This document shows positions 17,776-30,674 of a stretch of DNA of 64,000 nucleotides, one piece after another (position 1 is the stretch's first letter; every line of letters begins with the position of its first letter). The stretch comes from the human T2T-CHM13v2.0 reference genome, Homo sapiens. The notes beneath the pieces were generated by a model. It searched no databases, had not been told where the DNA came from, and saw only the letters and a list, made by a program, of their open reading frames with translations. The stretch lies in assembly GCF_009914755.1 (NCBI RefSeq), contig NC_060936.1. One strand, 5' to 3'. Made by a program: the position numbers and the translations under genes.

Positions 17776-18820
17776 TGAGCCAATATATGTGTCTGTATAT
17801 CTATGTATATAGTTATATGTAGATATATATGTGTACATATTGTTTTGAACAATAGTCCCTGGCGTATAATAAGCAATCAATATATTTTTACCATTATTAT
17901 TAAACCTGATTGAAAAGTCCTGGTGTAGTCTTTGTCATAGTCAATGTCATGTAAAACATTTCTACATATTAACCCTTTAGCATGGTACAGTTTGGTGACC
18001 ATAACACGATGGTAAACATGACATTAACCAAAATTAAAAATTATGAAATTATTCAGGTTTTGGCATGTGCCAATGGTGAAATACTTACATGAAATAGCTA
18101 ATAATATTATTAATATTTAATGGAGATGTTTGGATCTAAATTATTTTAGCAATACAATAAGAACTGAAAATAATTCCTTTAAATATCCATGAAAATCTTC
18201 CTACTTATATATCAGAACAGTTTTCTAGTCCTGCACCAAATAATTGTGATATTCAATGAAGAATGAGGTACTGCTTAATGTATTATTAATTTTATTTCCT
18301 GGAAGAGTTGGCTAAATATTCAATAGGTTGGTATCCAGTGCTGCCTCACAATGCTTAAGGATATTTAAATACTTTTTCTTTTTGACACTTTTAATGTGCA
18401 CTTGTAATTATGTTAAAGTAGTCGATAATTTGACAGTATCATTAATAATGACAAACATGTTCTAGGGAAAATATATTATTTTAATAGTACTCTGCTAAAG
18501 TCACAGATGATAAGGTTTACACTTACAGTTCTATTATAACTCCTAAGTCATGAATTCTGTTGAACTTCAAAAGTTAAGTGCTGTATTAGTCAATAAATCT
18601 TTGTTCAAACTTGTCAGTTAAAATGTAGTATCTTAACCCCACTTTGATTTATTTATATTTGTTCAGATTAAAAAATGAAAGAAACCAAGAAAACCTGACC
18701 TTCAATTTATTCATATTTGTTCAGATTAAAAAACAAAAAAGAGAAAACACTCTAAAATCTTAATCTGCATGTAATAGATTCTTCTGTGACAACACATTAT
18801 TTTTGTACAGTAAACACAGA

Positions 18821-18958
18821 TTTTTATTTTACTTATTTGTTTATTTATTTTCTAAGAGACAAGGTCTTGTGATGTTGTCCAGGCTGGAGTTGCAGTGGCT
18901 ATTCCTGCCTCAGCCTCCCAAGTAGCTGGGACTGCAGGTGCACACCCCCTCGCCTGGC
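18821..18958 (-). mobile_element. Fossil Alu monomer (FAM-like) with internal deletion
   Basis: Monomer carrying the 7SL/FAM-type GCAGTGGCTATTC joined directly to CTGCCTCAGCCTCCC. Confidence 0.7.
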
Positions 18959-21046
18959 TAAAAATAAATATTGATGAAAGTTATGTAAACAAGTTTGTGC
19001 TACTTCATTGTTCCTCACTAAAGAGTTGTAATTTATATCAACACTTTTGGAGTGGGGATACTTGACCTTTTGTAGTTTATAAACCCCTGGAACTTTTCAT
19101 CTGAAAAAAGCATGTAGGTGCATATGCAAATAAAATTGTGTTTACAGTTTGACTGAATTACTTGATCCCCTAAGCTCAGTCAAGGACATATCTATATTAT
19201 TAAACTCACTTCTTTAGGAAACCCAATTCTAATACTTCCATGTAAACCAAGGAAAATTATAAAAACTCCATAATTATATTTAGCCAGCATCACAGAATTC
19301 TTATTTCCTTTTCTCTTTCACATGAGGGCCTTATGGTTTTATTTCATGTTAATTTTTGTATAAGAATTAATACTTTTTAAAAAGTTATGCTTTCCAAAAA
19401 ATATTTTTATGTGAAGATAATATTTATTCTCTTTTGTTAGAAAGTTGTGAGAAAGTCTCTTTTATCAGTAAAAACTTCCCGTATCTTGGGAAGATAAGGA
19501 CTGAGGAGATCTCATAATGTCTTTAAAATCTGATATGATTTTTTTGAGTTATAAATATAAACTATTAAACATCTACTTTATACCAGGCTTAAAGCATCAT
19601 TTCATTCATTCTCATAAAAACACTAGAAGTATACATGATTATTTCTAATTCCTATTTATAGTTGAAGCAACTGAGGCTCAGTCAGTAATTACTCAAAGAG
19701 GGCACACTGTGATCCCTGTCAGTCTCTCTGAATTTATAGCTGCTGATCCTAACCATTCCACTTCAAGTTAATATAGTTTGCCTGGAATCACAAAAGAAAT
19801 GTTATTTTGGTAATTTTTCAAATGAGGAAAAAGTACACATTGTGTGACATCTCAAAATCTTTACACATTTCGCTTTAATTCATTTACTCAAAATTATCTA
19901 GTGCCTAGGATAAACTCTTTTTGACAGATTGCAAAAATGAGAAACCTATGTAATTATGACTTTAATTAGTTTATTATCTGTTAATCATAATTTATATGTA
20001 AAATTTCTTCTAATCTCTTCTGTTTTTATAAAATTCCATCTTCCACTCTTTCAGGTATACTCATGTAGACATACCCTAATTGCTTCCAATAGCAACATGT
20101 TTACAGTTTTTTTTTTTTTTTTTTTGTCTAGTCAGGGGTCTCTCTACTGAGTCTTTCAAATCACTCATTAATAATATCTCTTCTAATTATTGGCCAAACA
20201 GTAGATCTTGATTTCATTAACTTGTGTTTCAGTAACTTCTCATTTTGAAACCAAATGCCTTGTACATAGTAGACATGCAACAGATACTCATAGAATGAAT
20301 GAATGAATTTATAATGGCTAGACTACAAACAAAAATCAGATTACTTGAATCATATGAAGAGAGACGCTATTTAATCTAATGTCTATTAAATAAAAAGCCA
20401 AATGTTGCAAAGTTTATCTATTAGAAAAAAAAAGAATACTCCACAAGAAAATGGCAGATTTAATTTAACGCATTCTGAGAATAAATTCAAAGATTGTAAA
20501 GCAATTGGCTTGTGCTAAGTAAGTCTAAATATTCTGCTCAAGGTATTAAATTGAATTAGGAATTAAATCCTCTTATTTAAAGGGATGTATTGTGCTTCTT
20601 TGAGATTTACACTATCCAGATTAGCATTTTATTTAATCTAGAATTTTTCTTTGATATTCACATCAGATAGGAGGAGAAAATTTGTTTCAAAGTTTTTCTT
20701 TTAAGGTTGATTTGATTAATCATACTTCTATTGAGTATTTTCTATCTGCTGCTTGTCGTGTTGGGTAACAATGGCTTTCTTTTGGAAGTAGATTTTATGG
20801 ATGTTTCATATTTAATTTCATAACTAAGTCAAAACATTTAATGGCTACCTTAAAATAAGGCTATCTTATAAATGAGACATTTGTTACAAATTTTATGAAC
20901 TAAAATGGAGTGTGTGTATGTGTATACTTTTTTTAGATTTATCAGTCCCATGTCCAAATCCGAAGAATACATTTCTAATTGTACATTCCTAATTATGCAG
21001 AACGTAAAGTCTGAATGCAAAAACTTTTGCAGGAGATGGAGTTGTA

Positions 21047-24000
21047 GAGATTAAGATGGCGAGTAGGAGGCAGGACTAGCTTGCAGCTCCTGCTCAGACA
21101 GACAGAGTAGCATGTGAAGACTCACATCATGAACTTTTGCTCCAAGAAATACCGCAGGAACATACCAGGAAAGGCGAGAGAATCCACAGACCCTTTGAAG
21201 GAACTGGATTGCTGCCGCAGGCTCCCTGAGATGCCAAAAAACTGAGTCAGCTTGCTTTCTCAGGTGGTGGTCTGGGGCAAGTTCTCAGCCCTGGTCACAG
21301 GCTGCCTGGAAATAGACTCCATGCTGTTGGTCGGGCATGGCGGGAGTAAGACCAGCCTTTATGACTGCTGGCTGTATGGAAGTGGGGTGAGGCCTGTGAC
21401 TTGTGGCTTCCCCCCACTTCCCTGGGGACCTGTATGACTCAGCAGAGGCAGCCATAATACCACTGGGAACATAAGTCCATTGGCTTGGGAACCACAATCC
21501 CATCCCCCACAGTAGTCACACGGCAAGCCTCACCCAGGGAGACTCTGAGCTCAGACATACCCATCCCTGCCCCAACCTGGTAGTCTTTCTCTACCCACTC
21601 TGGTAGCTGAAGACAAAGGATATAATCTCTTGGTAGCTCTATGGCCCTGTCCACCACTTGAGAAACCTGAATACTAAACCAGGCACCCCTAGGGCAAATC
21701 TGCATCCTCCCTGTACAACCACAGCTGATGCACTCTTGAAAGCACCACCTTCTGTCTGGAGGCCAACCAACACAAAACTGGTGCACTAAACAGAAATACA
21801 ACCAAGACTCACAGAGTCTTCTTCACTCCCCTGCTACCTCCACCAGAGCAGGTGCTGGTATCCATGGCTGAAAGACCTGAAGACAGATCACATCACAGCG
21901 TTCTTTGCAGACACTCCCCAGTACCACCTGGTAGCTCCACTGGGTGGCTAGACCCAGAGAGCAAAAACAGTTGCTGCAGTTTGGCTCTCAGGAAGCCCTA
22001 TTTCTAGGGGAAAGGGGAGACCACCACATCAAGGGAGCATCCCATGGGACAAAAGAATCTGAACAGCAGCCCTTGAGTTCTGGATCTGACCTAGTCTACC
22101 CAAATGAGATGGACCCAGAAAAACATTCTAGTAATATGACCAAACAAAGTTCTTGATTACCCCCAAAAGATCACATCAGCTTATCAGCAACGGATCCAAA
22201 CCAAGATGAAATCTCTGAATTGCCAGAAAAAGAATTCAGATGGTCGACTATTAAGCTAATCAAGGAGGCACCAGAGAAACGTGAAGTCCAACTTAAAAAA
22301 AATTAAAAACATAATACAGGATATGAAAGGAAAAATCTTCAGTGAAATAAATAGCATAAATAAAAAATGTTCACAACTTCTAGAAATCAAGGACACACTT
22401 AGAGAAATGCAAAATGCACTGAAAAGTCTCAGCAATAGAATTGAACAACAAGAAGAAAGAACTTTGGAGCTCAAAGACAAGGCTTTTGAATTAACCCAAT
22501 CCATCAAAGACAAAGAAAAAAGAATAAAGAATAATAATAAAAGATGAGTAAAGCCTCCAAGAAGTATAGGACTATATTATTGTCCAAACCTAAGAATAAT
22601 TGGTGTTCTTGAAGAAAAAGAGAAATCTAAAACTTTGGAAAACATATTTTAGAGAATAATGGAGGAAAACGTCGTCCTTGGCCTTGCTAGAGATCTAGAT
22701 GTCCAGTACAAGAAGCTCAAAGAACCACCTGGGAAATTCATTACAAAAAGATCATTGCCTACACACATAGTCATCAGGTTATCTAAAGTCAAGATGAAGG
22801 AAAGAATCTTAAGAGGTGTGAGGCAAAAGTATCAGGTAACCTATAAAGGAAAACCCATCAGATTAACAGCAGATTTCTCAAAAGAAACCCTACAAGCTAG
22901 AAGGGAATGGGGTCCTATTTTTATCCTCCTTAAACGAAACAATTATCAGCCAAGAATTTTGTATCCAGCAAATCTAAGTTTCGTAAATGAAGAAAAGATA
23001 CCGTGTTTCCCAAATGAAGGAAAATTACAGTCTTTTCCAAATGAAGGGAAAGATAGTCTTTTCCAAAACAAATGCTGAAAGAATTTGCCATTACCAAGAC
23101 AGCACTACAAGAACTGCTAAAAGGAGCTCTAAATCTTGAAACAAATCCTCAAAATACACCAAAATCGGACCTCCTTAAAGCATAAATCTCACAGGGCCTA
23201 AGTAACAACACAATGAAGAAAAAAACAACGTATTCAGGCAACAAATAGCACGATGAATAGAATAGTACCTCACATCTCCATACTAACATTGAATGTAAGT
23301 GGCTTAAATGCTCCACTTAAAAGATACAGAAAGACAGAGTGGATAAGAATTCAACAACCAAGTTTCTGCTGTCTTCAGGAGACTCACCTGACACATCAGG
23401 ACTCACATAAACTTAAGGTAAAGGGGCAGAAAAAGGTATTCCATGCAAATGGACACCAAATGCAAGCAGGAATAGCTATTCTTATATCAGACAAAACAAA
23501 CTTTAAAGGAACAGCAGTTAAAAAAGACAAAGAGGGATGTTTTATAATGATAAAAGACTAGTACAACAGGAAAATATCACAATCCTAAATATATATGCAC
23601 CTAACACTAGAGCTCCCAACTGTATAAAACAATTACTACTAGACCTAAGAAGTAAGATAAATGGCAAACAATAATAGTAGGGGACTTTAATACTCTATTG
23701 ACAGCAGTAGACATGTCATCCAGACAGAAAGTCAACAAAGAAACAGTGGACTTAAACTATACAACAAATGGACTTAACAAATATTTAATGAACATTCTAC
23801 CCAACAACTGCAGAATATACATTCTATTCAAGAACAATCCAAACCCAAAGCCAGCAGAAGAAAAGAACGAAGATCAGAGCAGAATTAAATGAAATTGAAA
23901 CAAACAAAAAAAATACAAAAGATAAATGAAACAAAAAGCTGGTTCTTTCAAAAGGTAAATAAAATTGATAGACCATTCTTGAGGTTAAACAGGAAGAGAG

Positions 24001-26762
24001 AATATCCAAATAAGCTCAATGGGAAACAAAACGGGAGATATTACAATTGATACCACAGAAATACAAAAGATTATTCAAGGCTATTGTGAACACCTTTACA
24101 TGCATAACCTAGAAAACCTAGAGGAGATGAATAAATTCCTGGATGTATACCATCCTCCAAGGTTAAACCAGAAAGATATAGAAACTCTGAACAGACCAAT
24201 AACAAGCACCAAGATTGAAATGGTAATTAAAAAATTACCAACCAAAAAAGCCCAGAACTAGATGGATTTACAGCTGAATTCTATCAGACATTCAAAGGAG
24301 ACTGGTTCCAATCCTATTGACACTATTCCACAAGATAAAGTGGGAATCCTCCCTACATCATTTTATGAAGCCAGTATCACTCTAGTACCAAAACTAGGGA
24401 AAGACAGCAAAAAAAGAAAACTGCAAACCAATATTCCCTATGAACATAGATGCAAAAATCCTCAACAAAATACTAGCAAACCAAATCTAACAGCATATCA
24501 AAAGGATAATCCACCATGATCAACTGGGTTTCATACTAGGGATGCAGGGATGTTTTAACATACATAAGTCAATAAATGTGATACACCGCTTAAGCAGAAT
24601 TAAAAACAAAAATCAGACGATCTTCTCAATAGATGCAGAAAAAGCATTTGACAAAATCCAGCATCCCATTATGATTAAAACCATCAGCAAAATTGGCATA
24701 GAAGGGGCAAACCTTAGGGTAATAAATGCCATCCGTGACAAACCCACAGACAACATTATACTGAATGGGAAAAAGTTGAAAGCATTCTCCCTAAGAAGTG
24801 GAACAAGACGAGGATGGGTACTTTCACCACTTGTATTCAACACAGTACTGGAAGTCCTAGCCAGAGCAATCAGATAAGAGAAAGAAATAAAGGACATCCA
24901 GATAAGTAAAGAGGAAGTCAAACTGTTGCCATTTGCTGATGATATGATCATATACCTGGAAAACTCTAAAGACTCATCCAGAAAGCTCCCAGAACCGGTA
25001 AATGAATTCAGCAAAGTTTCAGGATACAAAATTCATGTATACAAATCATAGCTCCACTATACACCAACAGTGACCAAACTGAGAATCAAATAAGGAACTC
25101 AACACCTTTTACAAGGGCTGCAAACAAACAAAAAACAAGAAACAAAAACAAAAACAAAATACTTAGGACTATACCTAACAAAGGAGGTGAAAGACCTCTA
25201 CAAGGAAAACCCTGCTGGAAGAACTCATAGATGACACAAACAAATTGAAAATGGCCATATTGCCAAAAGCAATCTACAAATTCAATGCAATTCCCATCAA
25301 AATACCACCATCATTCTTTAAGAAACTAGAAAAAAATGATCCTAAAATTCATATGGAACCTAAAAGGAGTTTTCATAGCCAAAGCAAGACTAAGCAAAAA
25401 TAATAAATCTGGAGGCATCATATTACCTGACTTCAAACTATACTATAATGCCGTGGTCACCAAAACAGCATGATACTGGTATAAAAATAGGCACCTAGAC
25501 TAAGGGAACAGAGTAGCGATTCCAGAAATAAAACCAAATACTTACAGCCAACTGATCTTTGATAAAGCAAACAAAAACGCAGAGTGGGGAAAGGACACCC
25601 TATTCGACAAATGATGGGATAATTGGCAAGCCACATGTAGAGAATGATACTGGATTTTCATCTCTCAGCTTATACAAAAATTGACTCAAGATGGATCAGA
25701 CTTAAATCTAAGGCATGAAATCATAAAAATTCTGGAAGATAACGTCAGAAAAACCCTTCTAGATACTGGCTTAGGCAAAGACTTAATGACCCAAGAACCC
25801 AAAAGCAAATGCAACAAAAACAAAGATAAATAGATAGAACTTAAACTAAAAAGCTTCTGCACAGCAAAATAAACAATCAGTAGAGTTAACAGACAACCCA
25901 CAGAGTGGGAGAAAATCTTCACAATCTATGCCTCCGACAAAAGACCAATATCCAGAAGCTACAAAGAACTCAAACAAATCAGCAAGAAACAAACAAGCAA
26001 TCCCATCAAAAAATGGGCTAAGGACATGAATAGACAATTCTTAAAAGAAGATATACAAATGGCCAACAAGCATATGAAAAATGCTCAACATCACTAACGA
26101 TCAGGGAAATGCAAATCAAAACCACACTGCGGCCTGCAAGCATGGTCATAAGCAAAAAATAATAAAAAAATAGATGTTTGCATGGATGTGGTGAAAAGAG
26201 AACACTTTTACACCGTTGGAGGGAATGGAAACTAGTAAAACCATTACGGAAAATAGTGTGGAGATTCCTTAAATAACTAAAAGTAGATCTACCATTTGGT
26301 CCAACAATCCCACTACTAGGTAGATATCTACCCAGAGGAAAATAAGTCACTATATGAAAAGGATACTTGCACACGCATGCTTACAGCAGCACAACTTGCA
26401 ATTACAAGAATGTGAAACCAACCCAAATGCCCATCCATCAACGAGTGGATAAAGAAAAGGTGATAAGTGTGTGTGTATGTGTGTGTGTGTGTATATATGG
26501 CTGAGTAGTATTCCATGGTGCGTACACATATACATATGTATGTATATGTATAAGCTATGAGGACACACAAGCATAAGAATGATACATTGGACTTTGAGGA
26601 CTCAGGGGAAAGGGTGGGAGTGGGGTGAGGGATAAATGACTATACATTGGGTATAGTGTACACTGTTCAGGTGACAGGTGCACCAAAATCTCAGAAATCA
26701 CGACTAAAGAACCTGTTCCCTAAAAACTTATTGAAATAAAAAAGAAATTAAAAAAAATAAAA
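21047..26762 (+). mobile_element. Near full-length older LINE-1, L1PB-type (L1PBa-like 5' end, L1PB1-like 3' end), decayed
   Basis: 5' GATTAAGATGGCGAGTAGGAGGCAGGACTAGCTTGCAGC. ORF1 fragments 22281-23078. ORF2 start MNRIVPHISILTLNV at 23253 and FADD codons at 24932-24943. 3' end GGTGCACCAAAATCTCAGAAATC followed by an A-rich tail. Confidence 0.9.
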
Positions 26763-28316
26763 TTGTGGGAAAGGAGCTACTAGTTTTAGTTAGTGTAAAA
26801 TTGATTTTAAAACTATATGACTATTTTGAAGGATAGTAAGAGATGAGGAAAATAACAACTAAGGGCTTCCAAAGGAAATGTTTGCCTTTTGTTCTTTTTG
26901 TTATTTTTCTCCACTTTTTTCGTGATATGTATTTGTACATTCAGAATTCTTAGTGTTGTAGAAAGTAGTTATTACTTGTATGTCTGTTCATATTTAGAGG
27001 TAATCAAGTGTATTTTGCTATATACATTTTTACTTTTTAAAAATGTTCACACCTAAACATTACACCAGGGATATAAACTTGTGGAAATATCAGCCTTTTT
27101 TGCTCATCTTTTTTTGCTGAGTGTTTCTCTCAAAACTCCATTAACAATGAATTTGGCTTTACTATTCACACATATGTTACATTTAAAATGTCCTCTTTTA
27201 TGATCAGGTTGCATTGCAAGAGATTCATACTCAGCGTCTCACATGAATGATTCAACAGAGATTAATGAACATAATAGCAATTTCTTATTATAGTATATAT
27301 AGTAATTTCTTCTTATTCACTGAAAGGAGAAACATTAATAAAAACTAGTAATAACTGTTAAGGTTTTCTTTTAATATTATATCTAAGGTATAACTCACAT
27401 TTTCAACTTCCTACATTTATTTTAAAGCAACAAATCTTCCTTGAGCCATTGAAGACATTTATTTTGATAAATATGAAAGATGCAATAATTTTTTGAACAC
27501 TCCTCCAAGTAATCTGATACACAATGACATCAAGTTCATTTGAAAGCAAATACCTATTCCTGAACTTTTGTATGGTGTTTGATATCAAACCTTTCCTAAG
27601 ATTTACCCATTTAAAAAAAGAAATAGGTGAGGAGGAAGTTACATACCCTTCTCTTATGGGAAGAATTTTCTATAGAAAATATTTCATTTTATAAACTGTA
27701 AAATACCTATAATAATCATAAGTTCTATTGCATATCTATTTTTCTTTTACTGTGTTGTGATCAACACACAATGAACTCTTGCTTTTTAAAGTGGTAATTG
27801 ATATTTAGATTCAACTTTTTTTTAAACCAAATGAACAAGAATTTGGTTAGCCTTCAGAGTCTTAATACACTGCATATGTTTTTGTTAAAAATATTAACTC
27901 CCTGAATTCTCATTACCTAATTTTAACTTTCAAACTAATATCCCAGGTCATGAAATGAACCATCATTTCCAAAGGAGTCTTAAAATACTATTAAGAATAT
28001 TATAAAATGTTGTGCCATTTTGCTGTCTTACAGAGCCATAATATCAATGTTTCTTTATAAATGTAAAAATAGCAAACCATTTTATTAGGTTTTCTTCATA
28101 CAACTCTGGCTTTGGGCTATCTTTAGCTCATGTGGTTTGGGTCATCTTAACTAAAAAGAAGTTTGTAATATTCAGTGGGCTGACTACATAGGCAAATCTA
28201 AATGACATTTGGATTTCTTGCCCCTTAATTACACATTCTGAATTCTACCCACATGTTCTTTGGAAGATATAGCTAAAGTTCAACTAACACCAAATGGAGA
28301 TATTTTCAAATTATAC

Positions 28317-28615
28317 TTTTTTTTTTTTTTGAGATAAGGTCTCACTCTGTTGCCCTTGAAGTGCATTGGCACGATCATGGCTCACTGTAGCCTCAACCTC
28401 CCAGGCTCAGGTGATCCTCCCACCTCAGCCTCCCACGTAGCAAGTAGCTGGCACTACAGGCATGCACCACCACACGTGGCTCATTTTTATATTTTTTATA
28501 CAGATGGAGTTTCACCACATTGCCCAGGGTGACCTCAAACTCCTGAGCCCATGCAATCCACCCACCTCAGCCTCCCAAAGTGCTGAATTATAGACATTAG
28601 CCACCATGCCCAGTC
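28317..28615 (-). mobile_element. AluJ
   Basis: ATCATGGCTCACTGTAGCCTCAACCTCCCAGGCTCAGG (J-type), dimeric. Short TSD TATACT. Confidence 0.9.
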
Positions 28616-29136
28616 TATACTCCAATTTTAAACTCAGTGGTTTTTGTTAAGTTGCACATGCATTTATATCCATGCATTCATTCAATTATTATTCATTGAA
28701 TACTTACTATATGTTCTAGGCTTGATAGTGAAGATATATTGGTGACCAAATCAGACCTGACTTCTGTCTTCATGGAGCTTAAACTCTGGAGGAAAAGAAA
28801 GTTGAGTGCCAAACAAATATTCTGTATTTGTATTTGAACTGTACTAAGTGCCACAAGAGAGAACAAATGTCATGTCTTTAACAGCAGGATCTGAATTGAC
28901 AGATGGGTGGTCAAAGAAGGTATTCTCAAGGAAGTAGATTTTTAGGTGAGAACTGAAAGGATAGAGCATACGGTAAGTGCATTTCAGGCAAAGACAGGGA
29001 CCATGAATGACGTCCTTGAGGTACACAGGGCTTATTTACACATACTAAATAACTCATGCAACAAATCAGAAGTAAAGAAAAATGTAGCATTTTACATTGT
29101 TTGTTATTAATTCAGTCTTCTTTGTGAATATTCAGT

Positions 29137-29529
29137 TGTAGCAGTCAGGTTTCAACCAGAAAAACAGAACTGTTAGGAGATATATATTAAGAGATTTATT
29201 GCAAGGAATTGGCTTACATGATTGTGGGGACGGGCTAGGCAAGTCAACAGTTCTTAGAGTACATTTTCAAGGATAGGCTGGAACTCTCCAGCAGGAGCTG
29301 AAGCTGCTATTCAAAGGCAGAATTTCCTTCAGCTCTGCTTTTAAGACCTTTCAACTAAAAGGCCCACCCGGGATAGCAAGGATAGTCTCTCTTACTTAAA
29401 GCCTACTGATTATGGATTTTAATCATATTCATAAAATACCTTCACAGCAACACCTAGATTAGATTCCCATTTGACTGAATAACTGGAGACTGCACCTAGA
29501 AAGATTGTCATGTAAAACTGACCATCACA
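29137..29529 (-). mobile_element. MLT2-family (ERVL) solo LTR
   Basis: TG...CA ends. GAGATTTATTGCAAGGAATTGGCTTAC and AAAATACCTTCACAGCAACACCTAGATTAG are typical of MLT2. Confidence 0.8.
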
Positions 29530-30004
29530 CCAATGCAATTTAAATTTTTCCAATTTGAACATTTAGGCAATCCTCTTAGGTAAACATCAGCCTCTCATTT
29601 AGATAAAAATGTGCTCCTCAGACCACCTTCCTCTCAACCACCTTCCCCTGCTGTGATGGTGTCCAGTTGTCAGTGGGTGAGTGTTCTGGGAAGGTTGTGC
29701 CTTGTGAGATCTGAGGTCCTGGGAGGGCCTCAGGCTTCTTCCTGTGCTGGTCCTTGTGTGTTTGTGGACTATAGGTTTCTGGCCCTGATCTACCTGGTTG
29801 ACACATGGCCTTCTGTCCTGGACTTTGATCCTGGCCAGTACTGTCAGTCTCCCCTCCATGGTCAATGATGTTGACCTCTGGATTTCTGCTCTCTACTGCA
29901 TTTGGCCCTGCCTGGGAATTTCCACAGTTCCTCACCCACCAGAAGGGCTGTCATCACATCATCCACTTCACATGGGAAGCAAGCAGCTTTGGAGTGCTAG
30001 CTTT

Positions 30005-30200
30005 TTTTTTTAAATTTTTTTTTATTTTAAGTTCTAGGATACATGTGCTGAACGTGCAGGTTTGTTAAATAGGTATACATGTGCCATAGTGGTTTGCTGC
30101 ACTTATCAACCCATCATCTAGGTTTTAAGCTCCGCATGCTTTGGGTATTTGTCCTAATGCTCTCCCTTCCCTTGCCCCCCACCCACCAACAGGCCCCATT
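30005..30200 (-). mobile_element. Very short 5'-truncated L1 3' end (L1PA10-like)
   Basis: Poly-T followed by antisense L1 3'UTR. TSD GTGCTAGCTTT at 29994-30004 and 30201-30211. Empty site reads CTTT/AA, an L1 EN-type site. Confidence 0.88.
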
Positions 30201-30490
30201 GTGCTAGCTTTAAGGCTACTCTCTCTTCCTGAAAGGAGTGCTCCACCTTGATATTGCCACTCCCTAGATCCAGAGGGTGGCTTACAAGGTGGTGTCCTCC
30301 ATGGCCTCTTCCAGGCAGATGATGGACTGTCCTTAGCACTGCTGGCACAGCTGACAAGCATGTCTTATAGTGGTTTTTATCTTTTATTTTCCTTCCACCA
30401 ATCTCCCAGGGTTAGAAACAAGTGGGCTTTCTTTTCTTTTTGCAGAACTCGTCCTGTGTGGCTGGTAAGCCTACCCCTTTAAAGCCTTTT

Positions 30491-30674
30491 TTTTTTTTTT
30501 TAAATTTTTTAAAAAATTTTACTTTAAGTTCTGGATACATGTGCAGAATGTGCAGGTTTGTTACATAGGCATACATGTGCCAGGGTGATTTGCTGCACCT
30601 ATCAACCTGTCATCTAGGCAAGGGGGAGGGAGAGCTTTAGGACAAATACCTAATGCATGTGGAGCTTAAAACCT
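30491..30674 (-). mobile_element. Very short twin-primed L1 3' end (L1PA10-like)
   Basis: Antisense 3'UTR to ...CATCTAGG (30618), then sense CAAGGGGGAGGG...CTTAAAACCT. TSD CCTTTAAAG(C/T)CTTTT at 30476-30490 and 30672-30686. Confidence 0.88.

Noticed and set aside
21020-21046. TSD for the L1PB (TGCAGGAGATGGAGTT versus TGTGGGAAAGGAGCT at ~26764)
   Set aside because: Too degenerate to assert, although the CA/TG difference would fit decay of an ancestral CpG.
22985-23064. Short direct repeats as a CRISPR-like array (also 18647-18733)
   Set aside because: No unique spacers and no cas genes, in a eukaryotic retroelement context. These are simple tandem duplications.
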